NCBI GenBank assembly: GCA_964566475.1
Contig: CAZMJQ010000484.1
Location: 1 to 32,720 of the forward strand
Direction: 5' to 3'
Origin: an uncultured Propylenella sp.
GTDB lineage: Bacteria; Pseudomonadota; Alphaproteobacteria; Rhizobiales; Afifellaceae
DNA: 32,720 bases
The notes beneath the pieces were generated by a model, which was not told the origin of the DNA, did no database searches, and saw only the letters and a list, made by a program, of their open reading frames with translations. Below are positions 32,123 to 32,720 of the stretch, in pieces. The translations under genes were made by a program, and so were the position numbers. Numbering within the stretch: the stretch's first letter is position 1; each line of letters begins with the position of its first letter.

Positions 32123-32521
32123 ATGGATGTAGCGAGTGCCACGCAGGCGTCGGCGGGAGCCTCCGCCACGCAGACCGCAGCCGCGAAGGCATCGCTCGAC
32201 TACGACGCCTTCCTCAAGCTGCTCGTCGCCCAGATGAAGAATCAGGACCCGACGGAGCCGATGGACTCGACGCAGTACATGGCGCAGCTCGCCTCGTTCT
32301 CCAACGTGGAGCAGGCGATCCAGACCAACACGAAGCTCGACGCGCTCTTGACCGCCTCGGCCCTCAACCAGGCCGACGGCGTCCTCGGCCGCACCGTGAC
32401 GTCGCCGGATGGCACCGTGACAGGCAAGGTGGAATCGCTCAAGATCACCGCGAACGGCCTCGTCGCGACGCTGGACAACGGCAAGGAGCTGACGCTCGGC
32501 GAGGGGATCAGGATAAGCTAG
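32123..32521 (+). CDS. flgD: Flagellar hook capping/assembly protein FlgD (short form)
   Basis: ATG 32123 lies 6 nt after GAGGAG. The FlgD N-domain is LDYDAFLKLLVAQMKNQDPTEPMDSTQYMAQLASFSNVEQ. 132 aa. Confidence 0.88.
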   Translation: MDVASATQASAGASATQTAAAKASLDYDAFLKLLVAQMKNQDPTEPMDSTQYMAQLASFSNVEQAIQTNTKLDALLTASALNQADGVLGRTVTSPDGTVTGKVESLKITANGLVATLDNGKELTLGEGIRIS

Positions 32522-32570
32522 CGCCAGGGCCAACAGAGATATGAATCGCGCGATGTCACGGGGCTTGGTT

Positions 32571-32613
32571 CCTCCCCCGCGAAGCGGGGGAGGGGGACCA
32601 TGCGAAGCATGGT
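32571..32613. repeat. REP-like GC-rich element with two GAA-looped hairpins
   Basis: CCTCCCCCGC-GAA-GCGGGGGAGG (32571-32593) has a perfect 10-bp stem. ACCATGC-GAA-GCATGGT (32597-32613) has a perfect 7-bp stem. On the minus strand the element would read MLRMVPLPRFAGE, a pseudo-ORF I recall from dispersed intergenic repeats in Rhizobiales. Confidence 0.6.
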
Positions 32614-32640
32614 GGAGGGGGCGGCGGCTGGCTTCGTACC

Positions 32641-32720
32641 GTGCGGCCGCCCCCCCCCCCCCCGTGCGCGGGCCCCCCCCCCCCCCCGGGGAGGGGGGGG
32701 GGACCGGGGGCGGGGCCGGG
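32641..32720. other. Low-complexity C/G homopolymer tail, probably a contig-end sequencing or assembly artefact
   Basis: Runs of 14 C (32650-32663), 15 C (32673-32687) and 10 G (32693-32702) sit at the very end of the window. Confidence 0.6.

Noticed and set aside
1-32720. Search for tRNA or rRNA genes, CRISPR arrays, IS or transposase genes, integrases, toxin-antitoxin or defence-like genes
   Set aside because: I could see no regularly spaced repeats, no cloverleaf-like segments, no transposase or integrase-like ORFs and no terminal inverted repeats. The window is explained by flagellar genes plus three housekeeping or signalling genes.

Overview
This is a visibly GC-rich alphaproteobacterial, Rhizobiales-type chromosome segment (GC content not computed). 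The left edge holds three non-flagellar genes: a 5'-truncated FGGY sugar kinase, an SDR oxidoreductase and a PAS-PAS-GGDEF diguanylate cyclase. The remaining ~29.5 kb is an almost uninterrupted flagellar and motility regulon. On the minus strand it reads DUF1217-flgF-fliI. On the plus strand it reads motA-fliM-orf-fliN-fliG-flhB-orf; flgB-flgC-fliE-flgG-flgA-flgI-motE-flgH-fliL-fliP; one flagellin gene with a clean intrinsic terminator; fliF-orf(FliH-like)-motB-motC-fliK-SLT transglycosylase; the OmpR-type regulator rem behind a conspicuous AT-rich island; and flgE-flgK-flgL-flaF-flbT-flgD. Many neighbouring genes overlap start and stop codons (ATGA/GTGA/TGATG), so the genes group into a few long operons. 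I see no tRNA or rRNA genes, CRISPR array, IS or transposase, prophage, toxin or defence-like module. I do not see a new multi-gene system here. What looks under-described is mostly regulatory, plus three uncharacterised ORFs welded into the flagellar operons. (1) A shared box, CAGCTT-N3-ACAAG, ends 42-53 nt upstream of the start codons of six flagellar transcription units. It includes an identical 15-mer before flgB and flgE and a perfect palindromic version in the divergent DUF1217/motA region. (2) A ~280 bp AT-rich island upstream of rem carries phased ATATTG repeats, GAGATG/CATCTC inverted repeats and a perfect TTAA-N7-TTAA (CtrA-type) site, while visN/visR are absent from their usual position. 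(3) An 8-bp perfect hairpin sits in the flagellin leader, in a cluster that also encodes FlaF/FlbT. The last ~80 nt are C/G homopolymer runs that look like a contig-end artefact. All family assignments come from motif recognition by eye; no database search was run.
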